From a virus (Duplodnaviria; Caudoviricetes): 61,778 nucleotides of DNA. The stretch covers positions 1 to 61,778 of IMG/VR virus record IMGVR_UViG_3300025141_010303. One strand, written 5' to 3'. The notes under the pieces were generated by a model. It ran no database searches, was not told the DNA's origin, and saw only the letters and a list, made by a program, of their open reading frames with translations. Numbering within the stretch: the stretch's first letter is position 1; each line of letters starts with the position of its first letter. Positions 1 to 10,052 of the stretch are shown here, in pieces. Made by a program: the position numbers and the translations under genes.

Positions 1-374
1 AAAAATTGACTTATATTGTTTGTCCAAAAGCCATTTGTACCAAGACTAGTTAATAATCCATCTTCACCAACAGGTGTACCATCAATCCGTAAATACCCAC
101 CATTAACATCAATACAAGATTCAATAGTTTCAACACCACAATTTGAAACTTCTAGCATCACTATATTAGTAATCCAATCCAATTCATCAGAATACGCCTT
201 TTCATCATATTGATAAAGAACTGGTTTACCAGATAAACCCGTTGTTATTAAACCGGAATCTGGATTGATTCGTTTTCTTACACCCTCAATATCTCCAATA
301 TTAAGACTATCATAATTCTCAATAAGAAGTTGTGTTATTCTATCTATTATTTGTTCTCTTGTAAATGTTGGCAT
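1..374 (-). CDS. Hypothetical (probably virion) protein, truncated by the window edge
   Basis: ATG at 374 (MPTFTREQIIDRITQLL...), 5 nt after the stop of the upstream gene; frame open to the left edge; not in the ORF track. Confidence 0.7.
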   Translation of the reverse strand, partial: MPTFTREQIIDRITQLLIENYDSLNIGDIEGVRKRINPDSGLITTGLSGKPVLYQYDEKAYSDELDWITNIVMLEVSNCGVETIESCIDVNGGYLRIDGTPVGEDGLLTSLGTNGFWTNNISQF

Positions 375-379
375 ATAAC

Positions 380-1507
380 TTACCTCACCACTTTAAATTC
401 AAAATCATCATCAAATATTTGTTCTTGTCCATCGTTATATTTTAATTTATATAATATTTTATATAATCTATCTGGATAAAAACCATTTAACCATTGTATA
501 AAATATGGTCCTTCTGAATCACAACTCATTGAAGTATGTGCACTAAATGGAACAATTGTTTCTCCAGTTGCTATATCAAGAATAGAATAACTCCCACTCC
601 CTTCTGGTATAAAAGATCCTGTAACTGTTTGAACTGATGTTGAAAATGATTTTTGTATATAACGCTTTCTCGCACCAATTCTAAATTTAATTTTTTCACT
701 CTCTTTATATGATTCTCTAAGTCCTCTAGCATATAAATAATTATCAACTAATCCACTCATTGTCAATTCATTAAGACTTCCAGTATTTGAACCTGTGCAA
801 GGTAGATGGTCATCCCATCTCACTTCAAGTTTTGGTGCATATATTGTATGTGTGTTTCTTGAAAAGAATTTTAATTGACCAAATGTTGTACTGTTTGTTT
901 CTTGACTTCCGCTAAATCTTAAAACAAAACCATAATTCTGATTTGTTTTATCTAACCAACTATTTATAATATTAGTTACATCCATTTCAACATCGGGTGA
1001 TTCATTTGAAAACGATTGTGATGCATCTGTACTACCACTAACTACAGTTATACCACCACCTTCACCATGAAATATACCTGAACCTCTCCAATTTACTTCA
1101 CTTGAACCTGGATAATAATTTCTATTTTTCCAACTTACACCATTTGTTACTTTTGGATTGTCACCAAACTTTCCAACGCCCTCATCCCAAGATTCAGATA
1201 TTGGAAGAGCTGCTAACTTATAGTCAAGTGTTAAATCTTGGTTACCTTCAGCTTCATATAATTTTAAATAAAATGAAGGATTTGTTATATCACCTTTATG
1301 GATTGATTGTGACATATTTGTAAAATCTGTTCCTGCGAAATTTATCAATGCTCTTGTTTGATAATCAAAGTCTTTATTCCAAAAAGCTTTTTTAACTTCA
1401 AGTATTTCATCTTGACCAAAGTTCGCGTCAATATATGATGTTTCATCAATATGACTTGAACCACTTGAAATCCATGTATCTGATGTTGGTAAAATAAAAT
1501 GATGCAT
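380..1507 (-). CDS. Virion structural protein with DNRLRE/CBM96-like domain
   Basis: DTWISS...NFGQDEILEV...TRALINF...PKLEVRW pattern typical of DNRLRE domains; lies in the baseplate cluster. Confidence 0.6.
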   Translation of the reverse strand: MHHFILPTSDTWISSGSSHIDETSYIDANFGQDEILEVKKAFWNKDFDYQTRALINFAGTDFTNMSQSIHKGDITNPSFYLKLYEAEGNQDLTLDYKLAALPISESWDEGVGKFGDNPKVTNGVSWKNRNYYPGSSEVNWRGSGIFHGEGGGITVVSGSTDASQSFSNESPDVEMDVTNIINSWLDKTNQNYGFVLRFSGSQETNSTTFGQLKFFSRNTHTIYAPKLEVRWDDHLPCTGSNTGSLNELTMSGLVDNYLYARGLRESYKESEKIKFRIGARKRYIQKSFSTSVQTVTGSFIPEGSGSYSILDIATGETIVPFSAHTSMSCDSEGPYFIQWLNGFYPDRLYKILYKLKYNDGQEQIFDDDFEFKVVR

Positions 1508-3807
1508 TATACTACTCTCCCCTTAATGTTTTCTTTTGGATTCTTTAATTCAAATACAGATGGTTCTTCCGATGGATATATTATTCCGTTATATTCAGTA
1601 GTATAAAATTGATTAAAATCATATTGATAACCGTAACCAGTTGTTCCAGTACCGCTAGTAATAAAACTACCATTAGAATATAACATACTCCGTAATGGCT
1701 TTGTGAATATTTCAGTATCATCACTTAACTTATCTTGTGTTAATTCAACATAATTAATTCCCCTAACACCATCAACTCCCATCAATTCATATTCCAATTC
1801 AGTTGTATAAATTAGTTGTTTAAATTGCATCTTCTCAACTCTAAAATAATCTATTATCTTCTGAATACATCTCAACTTTACATCTTGGTTATTCGCATGT
1901 TTATGTGCCACAGCTTCAAACGCAACACCAAAATTTATAATTTTACCTTGATAAATACTTACAGCATCTGTTATTAATCTGTATTGATTTAAGTATTCTT
2001 TAAGATTTTTTTCAAGTAATGTTGGTATGTTTTGTATACTAGTTCCATTAGCATTATAAGTTTCACCTACAAATTTTCTATTCTTATCATATGATATAAT
2101 GTAAATTGCTATGGTTGGTATCTCTCCCATGTATATATTTGTTGGAAGATTCCAAGTAAACCCTTCAGTAGAAACAAATACATAATGATGACCAGTCTGT
2201 AATCCTTCTGATACCAAAGATCCAACCCATCCCTGATTCGGAATATATGTAGCCGAATCAGTAAAAGGTTGACCACCACCTTCGAGTGACCACTCCATAA
2301 TCGCAATGATATGTGATGGTACTGTTTCCTCACTAATTTCCAAATTTGGATATATCCATTCTACCATTGTTTCACCTGAACTCATATTTTGTTCAAATAT
2401 ATTATCTCCTGAACTCATATATTGTTCAAATATATTATCTAATGATTCTCTTTTAACATAAACTTTAGCAATATTTCCAAATTGTGCAGGCATTGCCATA
2501 ATACGAGCTTCGTAATCTTCTTTTGTAACACATCGTCTCTGTGTTGTGAAATGTGCCATAGCTCGGTGTCGTATTTCATCAACTGTTTCATATGGAGCTC
2601 CACCAGCAGCTGGTATTTCATTAGTTACAGTTAAAGTATTACTACCAATATCTGTACCATCGATATATGTTGGTGATGAAACTGTTGTCAAATCACCAGA
2701 ATTAACATTAGTAGTTACACCACCACCAACTCTATACTTAACAGTTAATATTGTATGAGTTGGTGTTTCTCCTAATGTTGAATATTCATCACCAAGTAAT
2801 GGATCAATCGATGTTTGTAAATCTTGTGGATTTCCAGGAACATTAATACCTACTTGCTCAACTTGTAAAAAACCATCACTCAATTCTTGACCAGATCTTA
2901 ATATACCATTACCAAATACAATTGATGTTGTATTATCAGTATTTAATTCAGTTATAAATCTTTTATTTGTTCTTATATATTCTAATGAATATGGAATAGG
3001 TAAAATATTTTGAAGTGTGTTATCAATTAATGAAAATGCATTATCTCTATTATCACTAGTATAATGAGTTGCAATTGCTACTTGTTCTTGTGCTAAATAA
3101 TCAACTTCATACCATTTATTACCATTCGAATCAGTCATACTTACTACTTCAATAACATTAGTTTCTGGTAATGTCAATTTCTTAAACTTTGTTGGAGTTC
3201 CTATCGTAAATTGTTTTGTTTTTGTTTCACCAGATACTGCCTTAACTTTTCTTGTTATTGTATATTCATTAACTAATCCACTGGTAGCATCAAACCCACT
3301 TTGTACAGCACTGTCACTTCCATATGAACCAGTTGTTCTAAAATCAACAATGTCAAGTGTCTCAAATATAATATTCGAATCAGATGTTGCCGTAACTTGT
3401 GCTCCCTTGTCAATTACTACACCCTGATTATGATTTGGTACTATATTATTAACATCTGTAGTATCTGAAGAAATTGTTTGTTTAAATGTTAATTCAACAA
3501 ATGCTGGAAATATAGCTTGTGTTTTATATCCTAATGTTTTAGCTAAATTAATTACATTCCGTCTTTCTTCTGAAAGTGGTAACATCATTTCACGATACTG
3601 TTGGTCAATATAAAATGATAATACATCTCCAACATACGCTGACATTTCAATCAACATCATTCCAGGTGATGTCTCATTAAAATCACGATATGATGTTGGA
3701 AAATAAGTTTTAGCATAATTCATCAAAGATTGCTTAAACCCACTAAAATCTTTATTTAAATAATTAACATTACTTACTTTATATTCTTTATCCGAATATG
3801 GCATCAT
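1507..3807 (-). CDS. Baseplate wedge subunit (T4 gp6 / baseplate J-like)
   Basis: KDFSGFKQSL...YFP...DFNETSPGMMLIEMSAYVGDVLSFY, YRVGGG, GGAPYETVDEIR, QRRCVTKEDY motifs of gp6-like wedge proteins. Confidence 0.88.
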   Translation of the reverse strand: MMPYSDKEYKVSNVNYLNKDFSGFKQSLMNYAKTYFPTSYRDFNETSPGMMLIEMSAYVGDVLSFYIDQQYREMMLPLSEERRNVINLAKTLGYKTQAIFPAFVELTFKQTISSDTTDVNNIVPNHNQGVVIDKGAQVTATSDSNIIFETLDIVDFRTTGSYGSDSAVQSGFDATSGLVNEYTITRKVKAVSGETKTKQFTIGTPTKFKKLTLPETNVIEVVSMTDSNGNKWYEVDYLAQEQVAIATHYTSDNRDNAFSLIDNTLQNILPIPYSLEYIRTNKRFITELNTDNTTSIVFGNGILRSGQELSDGFLQVEQVGINVPGNPQDLQTSIDPLLGDEYSTLGETPTHTILTVKYRVGGGVTTNVNSGDLTTVSSPTYIDGTDIGSNTLTVTNEIPAAGGAPYETVDEIRHRAMAHFTTQRRCVTKEDYEARIMAMPAQFGNIAKVYVKRESLDNIFEQYMSSGDNIFEQNMSSGETMVEWIYPNLEISEETVPSHIIAIMEWSLEGGGQPFTDSATYIPNQGWVGSLVSEGLQTGHHYVFVSTEGFTWNLPTNIYMGEIPTIAIYIISYDKNRKFVGETYNANGTSIQNIPTLLEKNLKEYLNQYRLITDAVSIYQGKIINFGVAFEAVAHKHANNQDVKLRCIQKIIDYFRVEKMQFKQLIYTTELEYELMGVDGVRGINYVELTQDKLSDDTEIFTKPLRSMLYSNGSFITSGTGTTGYGYQYDFNQFYTTEYNGIIYPSEEPSVFELKNPKENIKGRVV
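2375..2440. repeat. 2 x 33-bp in-frame tandem repeat (DNIFEQ[Y/N]MSSG)
   Basis: cctgaactcatattttgttcaaatatattatct followed by the same 33-mer with 1 mismatch. Confidence 0.95.
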
Positions 3808-4250
3808 TAATCTCCTATTTCAACTTGAACTGATCCAAGAGTTGTTGGATCACGAGTTATATTAAATACTATAAATATGGTCATTTTATTCTTACCTACT
3901 GCATCGGTTTCTTCCATAGAAACATCAAGTTGTTTTACTTCAACAAAAGGTAACCAAAATCCTAAAGTAGTTAATATATCATTCTGTACCATAAGAACAG
4001 TTTCTTCTGTATATTGTTCAAACATATACTTTCTTAAATTCAAACCAAGTCTTGGTTGCATATATCTTTCACCTTGTTCTGTCTGTACAAGATTTCTGAT
4101 ATTATTCTTTACAGCTTCAATCGTTGTTGGTGTTGAAGCAAACCACCCACCAGCACCACCTGATTTTCTAAATGGTAAATCTATTCCAATAGAAATATTA
4201 TCATCTCTATCTTCTATAAAAGGTTTTTTCTTTGTATCTCTAATCGCCAT
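3807..4250 (-). CDS. Baseplate wedge subunit, gp25/GPW-like
   Basis: EAVKNNIRNLVQTEQGERYMQPRLGLNLRKYMFE motif; adjacent to the gp6-like gene. Confidence 0.88.
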   Translation of the reverse strand: MAIRDTKKKPFIEDRDDNISIGIDLPFRKSGGAGGWFASTPTTIEAVKNNIRNLVQTEQGERYMQPRLGLNLRKYMFEQYTEETVLMVQNDILTTLGFWLPFVEVKQLDVSMEETDAVGKNKMTIFIVFNITRDPTTLGSVQVEIGD

Positions 4251-4252
4251 TA

Positions 4253-4714
4253 TTATTCACCTACTATATTATCTTCCAATAATTTAACCTTCGTTAAATC
4301 TTCATTTGTTTCTGATCCGTCTACAGGATTTCTACCAATATAAGCATGACCCATTGACATCATAACACCACCCTGACCACCTTTTTTATTATAATTTATT
4401 TTAGGTATAAGTACCCCTTTTGATCCTTTCTTTACAATTCCTGTAGCATTAACAACTGGTCCAGGAGCTCCAGTCATTCCACCATTAACATTAGTAGTAA
4501 CAGTTGATAATACATCAGCTGGCAATGGACCTGTTGTTTTTATTTCTTCAACTTCTAAAATAGCCTTCATCTCCGTTATTGTAAAAGTTTGTTTAGTTAA
4601 AAAAGTTATTATAGCATCTGTAATATCTTGAGCCAACCCATCAATGTTACCTTCATCTTCTGGATTACCCATTGAAGTTAAAAATGCTGTTTTTATATCA
4701 GACTTCAATCCCAT
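4253..4714 (-). CDS. Hypothetical protein (baseplate cluster)
   Basis: 153-aa ORF tightly coupled to neighbours. Confidence 0.6.
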   Translation of the reverse strand: MGLKSDIKTAFLTSMGNPEDEGNIDGLAQDITDAIITFLTKQTFTITEMKAILEVEEIKTTGPLPADVLSTVTTNVNGGMTGAPGPVVNATGIVKKGSKGVLIPKINYNKKGGQGGVMMSMGHAYIGRNPVDGSETNEDLTKVKLLEDNIVGE

Positions 4715-5154
4715 TAAACTTTTCTTTGTTTCTTATCAATAGCTTTCATTAAACTTCTATAATCTTTATTAAACATATTATCTTTTAATTCTTGTGAAAC
4801 ATTCTTTGGATTCTCACCCATCGAAGCAATCATAGCATCTGCATTTACTTGACCATTCCCTTGTGTTATATCACCATATTGTTTTGATATTATCTCATTC
4901 ATATTAGATGAATCATAAATACCATCACCCATTGTTTCCCATTCTGAATTTGCTGTTTCATTTAATACTTCATTCAATACTGAATTAGATGTATATTGTT
5001 TTTTCTCAACCATTTTTTTCTTTGGTTGTTTTTTAGTTATTGTTTTTTTCTTAACAGTCGGTTGCTTCAATTCACTTATAACTTCGTGAATTGACTTTGC
5101 AACTTCTTCTCTTACTATTTCTCTAACTATTGTTTTTAACTCTGATTTCTTCAT
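4714..5154 (-). CDS. Hypothetical phage protein
   Basis: MKKSELKTIVREIVREEV N-terminus typical of large-phage structural-region proteins; GGAGG RBS. Confidence 0.65.
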   Translation of the reverse strand: MKKSELKTIVREIVREEVAKSIHEVISELKQPTVKKKTITKKQPKKKMVEKKQYTSNSVLNEVLNETANSEWETMGDGIYDSSNMNEIISKQYGDITQGNGQVNADAMIASMGENPKNVSQELKDNMFNKDYRSLMKAIDKKQRKV

Positions 5155-5162
5155 ATGACCTC

Positions 5163-6461
5163 CTATGGTTTTTGACCATTTTCTTCTATAAAATGATACT
5201 CACTCCAAAATTTTGGTTTGTTTAACTTACTTTTTAATGATTGTATTTTTGATATTGAACCTGGATCTGGTGGTCCAGACATTCCAGCTATACACCCTGT
5301 CATTTTTAATCCTTCTAAAATACCAACTATTTCATCAAGTATAACTTTCAATTGAGTTCCTAATACTATAGGTTCTTTTTTATCACCTGTCGCACCTTTC
5401 CCTAAATAAATATTTGATGATTCAATAATTGTCTCTTTATTTGTAGATATAGTTAAAGATTGTCCAGCACCTAAATGTATATGTTTAAATGAAGATAAAA
5501 ATATACTATCCTTTTTAGAATTAAATGTTATTCTATCCGATGATTGTAATATCTGATTCCCTTTAATAGCATCTTCTTCTATATGACTACCATAATTATA
5601 AATAATTTTTTCAGCATCACCATCACCGTTTACAACTGAAACTAAATCACTCATAGGTCTTTTTGTTTCTAAATCAACATGATCTGATGATAATATAAAT
5701 GGTTCTGATACAACATTAAACTCCTCATCAAGTTTTGAATCATGTGGAAAATGCTCTCTTATTGAACCAACTTGAAACATTGTAAATAATGAACCATCTT
5801 TTGAACTTTCAAATGAATAATGTAATAAATTCCTACCATTAGATATGATTATATTTGGATTTATATTTCTACTACCAATACGAATACTATTTCCATGTCG
5901 TCCCTCAAATACAATATCACCATGTATATCTTTTATAGCTCTACCTTCTGCTTCTCCATCTGGATGATCTAATGTGTCATTATATTTTTTTTCTAATCTA
6001 CCATGACCAGTTCTACCAAAATTAGGTGATGTTTTATCTACATTTTTGACCTTTTCTCCATCCTTATAAGATTTTTCTTGAACATTAAGATGATCAATAT
6101 TCCAAGTTGGATCATTCGCTGTATTTAATGGTCCTAAATAATATTGAATATTTCCAATTGTGCATAACAAAACAGGATCACCTTTTGCTGGTACATCAAC
6201 CATTCCTCTAAATAATGGATAATATCTATTACTTTCACCAACAGTTCCACTCCGTGTAAAAGTTTTCTTCCCCACATGAGGTATTGCTAATATACTATTT
6301 ATATTTCTTAAATTAGCAGCAAACGCTTGTGATTCAGAAGATGTTATTGTATCAATTACTATACCAGGAACAAATTGTAAATAAACAGGTATTGGTTTTC
6401 CTTTATTAAATAAAGAAGAATCTGTTTTAACATCTTTGTACGTTGTAAAAGTTGAACCCAT
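5163..6461 (-). CDS. Baseplate hub/central spike protein (gp5-like)
   Basis: OB-fold-like N-terminus (YYPL...VPAKGDPV), GDIVFEGRHGNSIRIGS, IYLG...EPIVLG motifs; position next to gp25/gp6. Confidence 0.6.
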   Translation of the reverse strand: MGSTFTTYKDVKTDSSLFNKGKPIPVYLQFVPGIVIDTITSSESQAFAANLRNINSILAIPHVGKKTFTRSGTVGESNRYYPLFRGMVDVPAKGDPVLLCTIGNIQYYLGPLNTANDPTWNIDHLNVQEKSYKDGEKVKNVDKTSPNFGRTGHGRLEKKYNDTLDHPDGEAEGRAIKDIHGDIVFEGRHGNSIRIGSRNINPNIIISNGRNLLHYSFESSKDGSLFTMFQVGSIREHFPHDSKLDEEFNVVSEPFILSSDHVDLETKRPMSDLVSVVNGDGDAEKIIYNYGSHIEEDAIKGNQILQSSDRITFNSKKDSIFLSSFKHIHLGAGQSLTISTNKETIIESSNIYLGKGATGDKKEPIVLGTQLKVILDEIVGILEGLKMTGCIAGMSGPPDPGSISKIQSLKSKLNKPKFWSEYHFIEENGQKP

Positions 6462-6872
6462 TTAATTCCCCATAAAATGTTTTGTTGTTTCATCTTTTAT
6501 CTTATTAAATCTATCACTCTCTTCTTGTAAATCATTTACAGTGTCTTGAAGTGTAGACATCAATTCTTCTTTTTCTTCATCTGATAATAACATACTCTCA
6601 TCACTAGTACCATCAACTGATTTTGTCACTATCCGTTGTAATACTCCAGCTAGTTTCACAAGATGCTCATCATTCTTAATTGATACTTCCATATATTCTT
6701 TTATTATAGGTGCTATCATAACTACATCATCTACTGTTTGTATAAACCCATGAATTTCTTGAATTAACAAGTCAATCTGCTTTTTCTTATTCTGTGTGTT
6801 TTCATAGATATCTTTAGTCAAATCTTGAAATGATTTCCCATCAAATATCTCAATATCTTTTTTATTTTTCAT
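6462..6872 (-). CDS. Conserved hypothetical phage protein (coiled coil)
   Basis: Start reassigned to ATG 6872 (MKNKKDIEIF) with GAGG RBS; the longer ORF-track start runs through a terminator. Confidence 0.65.
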   Translation of the reverse strand: MKNKKDIEIFDGKSFQDLTKDIYENTQNKKKQIDLLIQEIHGFIQTVDDVVMIAPIIKEYMEVSIKNDEHLVKLAGVLQRIVTKSVDGTSDESMLLSDEEKEELMSTLQDTVNDLQEESDRFNKIKDETTKHFMGN

Positions 6873-6944
6873 TTTAAAATCCTCTATTACGAATAAATGT
6901 ACCGATTCATATATAAATATTAAAAATGTAAAAATTGATGAAAT

Positions 6945-6976
6945 AAAAAAAAAACCTATCAATAAGATAGGTTTTT
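6945..6976 (-). terminator. Rho-independent terminator
   Basis: AAAAACCTATC-N5-GATAGGTTTTT hairpin followed by a U-run on the minus strand, just after the sigma-like gene. Confidence 0.7.
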
Positions 6977-7001
6977 AAATTGTTTTATATGAATAATTAA
7001 G

Positions 7002-7718
7002 CTAGAAGAAGAACTTCTTCGTTTCAATTATACCTTTATCATAAAATTCGTTTGACGCTGCAATATAATGTTTCTTAAATACATTTACAACAGATGTTAT
7101 ATGTACCGTATTTACATCCGTCATTTCTCTGATAAGAATATAAAGTGATTTCTTATTAAAACTTTCAATCTCGTCTTTCCGTTTCATCAATTCAAGTAAC
7201 GCATATGCAACATCAATATCTCGCTTTTTCTTAAAAATAATTGGAATATTCTTATCAAAATATTCTATAAGTTCTTCAAGTAATTCTTCCATATGCTCTT
7301 TAGTTATACCACCATTAGATTTTCTCATATCTAATACATCAAGTTTATCAGTCATTTTATATTTCTTATAATTATTATTATTATGTAGTATTAAATAATT
7401 TTTAGCAACAACTGAAAAATAACTGAATGCCTTTGAACCTTTAGTATGGTCATACTTATGAATGTTCATAACTAAAAACGAAACAACTTCAGCCTTCACA
7501 TCTTCAAAACCATAATCAAAATAACTAAACTTAAAAGTGTTAATAATGTTTTCTGATAACTTATCAAACGCATAATGTATTTCTTCTTGATATATTTTAT
7601 TTCGTTCAAAATCATTTTCAGATTGATTATATTTAATAATAGCATCTTCAACATCTTGGTCAAAATATATTCTACCTTTTCTTTTTCTACCCATCTGTAT
7701 TCTCCTCATCACTTTCAA
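7002..7718 (-). CDS. Phage sigma-70 region-2-like factor (T4 gp55-like late sigma); probable start 7694
   Basis: EDVKAEVVSFLVMNIHKYDHTKGSKAFSYFSVVAKNYL resembles sigma regions 2.2-2.4 (kFDp-kg--fstY). Confidence 0.65.
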   Translation of the reverse strand: MKVMRRIQMGRKRKGRIYFDQDVEDAIIKYNQSENDFERNKIYQEEIHYAFDKLSENIINTFKFSYFDYGFEDVKAEVVSFLVMNIHKYDHTKGSKAFSYFSVVAKNYLILHNNNNYKKYKMTDKLDVLDMRKSNGGITKEHMEELLEELIEYFDKNIPIIFKKKRDIDVAYALLELMKRKDEIESFNKKSLYILIREMTDVNTVHITSVVNVFKKHYIAASNEFYDKGIIETKKFFF

Positions 7719-7962
7719 ATATGTTATCTAATAATTTTTGTAATTCTTTTAATTGTTCAAAAAAGAAACCTGTTTCATCATCAGATTCATAATGACCAGA
7801 CGCGTCAACAAGTTTTACTTTTTCAGTCGCTATAGAAATTATACTCTGAAACTGTACAATCAAATCTTCATATTGATTTATTCTCTTTAATGCAAAATAT
7901 AATACAGTTGATGTACCAACTGAAATAATTGCAAATAATATTGTTAATAAAATTAATACCAT
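7687..7962 (-). CDS. Hypothetical membrane-anchored protein
   Basis: N-terminal TM helix; GGAG RBS. Confidence 0.6.
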   Translation of the reverse strand: MVLILLTILFAIISVGTSTVLYFALKRINQYEDLIVQFQSIISIATEKVKLVDASGHYESDDETGFFFEQLKELQKLLDNIFESDEENTDG

Positions 7963-7971
7963 AATCTTCTC

Positions 7972-8712
7972 CTAATCAAAAAGTTCATTGAACTTCATTT
8001 TCATATTGTCAATTGTTTCTTGTTCTTTTTTTGTTACTGGTGGTTTAACTTTTACTACAACATCCTCATCACTTCTCTTCCACTCATCAAACTCAATATG
8101 TGTCGCCATCATATCAGCTTGATGTAAAATATAAGCTATATTAGAACGAAGATTATAAGCTGGATTATATGATTTTAAATAAGCAGAATTTGCATCATCA
8201 TATAAACCATCTGTTAATTTAATTCCAATATATTCTTTATCAGTAACCTTAACACTATAATGCTGTAGTAACCACAATGCCCTATCAGGTACTTTCATAT
8301 ATTGAATATCTGGATTCTGTTTATATATTTCGCCACGATTCATTCTGTGCCAATCTGAATCTTGTGGAGCATAATAAGTGTGTTCCAAATCACCAACCTT
8401 ACCCAAATCGTGATGCATAGCTGCAAACACCAACTCTTCATCTGTAAAATTAATTTCTGCACCATTCTTTTCCCACAACTTATAAAGTTGTAATGAAAAT
8501 TTAATTACATGTAAAATATGTTCAACATATCCACCAGGCATAGCATTATGAAAATGCTCCTTACCACTCGCCGGAGACATTATCATTCTTTCTTCAAAAT
8601 CTTCATACATCTTCAGAAGATTTTCTTTTCTATCATCACCAATGTATTTTTCAATAATATCCATTAGTGATTCCCAATTTAATTGCATTTGCTCTGCAGT
8701 TAACTTTTTCAT
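7972..8712 (-). CDS. HD-domain phosphohydrolase (YhaM-like)
   Basis: PAS...HNAMPGGYVEH, HHDLGK and HQAD motifs. Confidence 0.8.
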   Translation of the reverse strand: MKKLTAEQMQLNWESLMDIIEKYIGDDRKENLLKMYEDFEERMIMSPASGKEHFHNAMPGGYVEHILHVIKFSLQLYKLWEKNGAEINFTDEELVFAAMHHDLGKVGDLEHTYYAPQDSDWHRMNRGEIYKQNPDIQYMKVPDRALWLLQHYSVKVTDKEYIGIKLTDGLYDDANSAYLKSYNPAYNLRSNIAYILHQADMMATHIEFDEWKRSDEDVVVKVKPPVTKKEQETIDNMKMKFNELFD

Positions 8713-10050
8713 TTATCTTACCTCGTATCTATCTTTTGTAAATTTAATTGTTGGTTCATTTCTTAATCTATTTCTGTAGGATGTAAAGGATATTCTCACA
8801 CCCCAATTAAGATAATCTAAAATATCTTCTTTAGAAACAGATTTTTTCTTGTGAATAAAATCTAATATTTTCTTATAAGAATCTGTTTCATTTTTTATCA
8901 TTGGTAATTTATCTATCATTTTATTTAACATATTATTAAATTGATGAATAGCTATTTCCCATTTACCTTGTTCAAATCTTTCTAATGATTTACCACTCCA
9001 CTCATCTCTTAATTCTTTATCATCTAAAATATTATTTAACTTATTGAAGAACTCATCTTCATCTTTATAATATATCCCAGCATCATCAGCTAACTCGTGA
9101 TAATAACCATCATCGGAAAACATATATGGAACACCAACACTCATACCATCTGTAGCAGATACAGCCCAACCACCATATCTTTGTTTACAACTAATACCAA
9201 TGTAACAACTTGATAGTTTAGAAAAATATCCAAACCTATCATACTTATCATTTGTCATATATGGTTTTGTAACTGAATCTGTTAATGGCACCCACACTTC
9301 AAAATCTTGTCTATGTTCCCATAATCTATCCATTTGTTTTAAGAACCAATCATAGTTTTTATATTTATGTGGTCTGTGATTAAAGACAATTATTTTTTTA
9401 TTGGATGTTTGTTTTTCATACTTAGGTATTTCCCATCCCAAATAGTTGGGAACAATTATCTCATCCAATCGTATAAGCGACTTTTTATTAAAACTTTTCT
9501 TTGCATTCTTTAATATAAGTTCCTTTTGTCCATATGTATTGATACCACAACGTTCCATAGCTAATAGTCCAAGAAAATTAACATCCATCATTGTCATTTC
9601 ATAATTTGTTATTTCAGGAAATTCAGTCCAATGTGTATATCCAATAAACAATGGATTTATATTTGTATTATTGTATAAAAGATTTTTCAATTGTAAAGCA
9701 TGTTCTGGTAAATGTGTATAAACAATATCATAATCTTTTTTCTTCCAATCTATTTCTCTTATGATTGTTTTAAAATCAAAATGTGTTCTCATAGCATTTG
9801 GATAAGATGGAAGAGGTAATATGATTTGTTCTGTGTTATCAAAATCTAAACTATCAATTTGTCTTGGTGATATTATAGTCCAATACAAATCATTTCTTAT
9901 TTTATTTAATTCTCTAATAATGTTACCAAGGACAACAACATAAGAATCTTTTTCTAAATCTTTTTGATAAGTTATGTTTGGATAAACAAGAATGTTGTAT
10001 CCATATTCTTTATCGTTGTCCTTAACATCTATGAAGTTATTTAAGTTCAT
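8713..10050 (-). CDS. GT-B (family 4-like) glycosyltransferase, possibly DNA-modifying
   Basis: IVFNHR...YKN and GGWAVSATDGMSVGVP GT4-type C-terminal motifs. Confidence 0.7.
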   Translation of the reverse strand: MNLNNFIDVKDNDKEYGYNILVYPNITYQKDLEKDSYVVVLGNIIRELNKIRNDLYWTIISPRQIDSLDFDNTEQIILPLPSYPNAMRTHFDFKTIIREIDWKKKDYDIVYTHLPEHALQLKNLLYNNTNINPLFIGYTHWTEFPEITNYEMTMMDVNFLGLLAMERCGINTYGQKELILKNAKKSFNKKSLIRLDEIIVPNYLGWEIPKYEKQTSNKKIIVFNHRPHKYKNYDWFLKQMDRLWEHRQDFEVWVPLTDSVTKPYMTNDKYDRFGYFSKLSSCYIGISCKQRYGGWAVSATDGMSVGVPYMFSDDGYYHELADDAGIYYKDEDEFFNKLNNILDDKELRDEWSGKSLERFEQGKWEIAIHQFNNMLNKMIDKLPMIKNETDSYKKILDFIHKKKSVSKEDILDYLNWGVRISFTSYRNRLRNEPTIKFTKDRYEVR

Positions 10051-10052
10051 TT

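Noticed and set aside
6873-6962. N-terminal extensions of ORFs 6462-6962 and 15054-15917 as given in the track
   Set aside because: They run through terminator or leader DNA; downstream ATGs (6872, 15869) have clear RBSs
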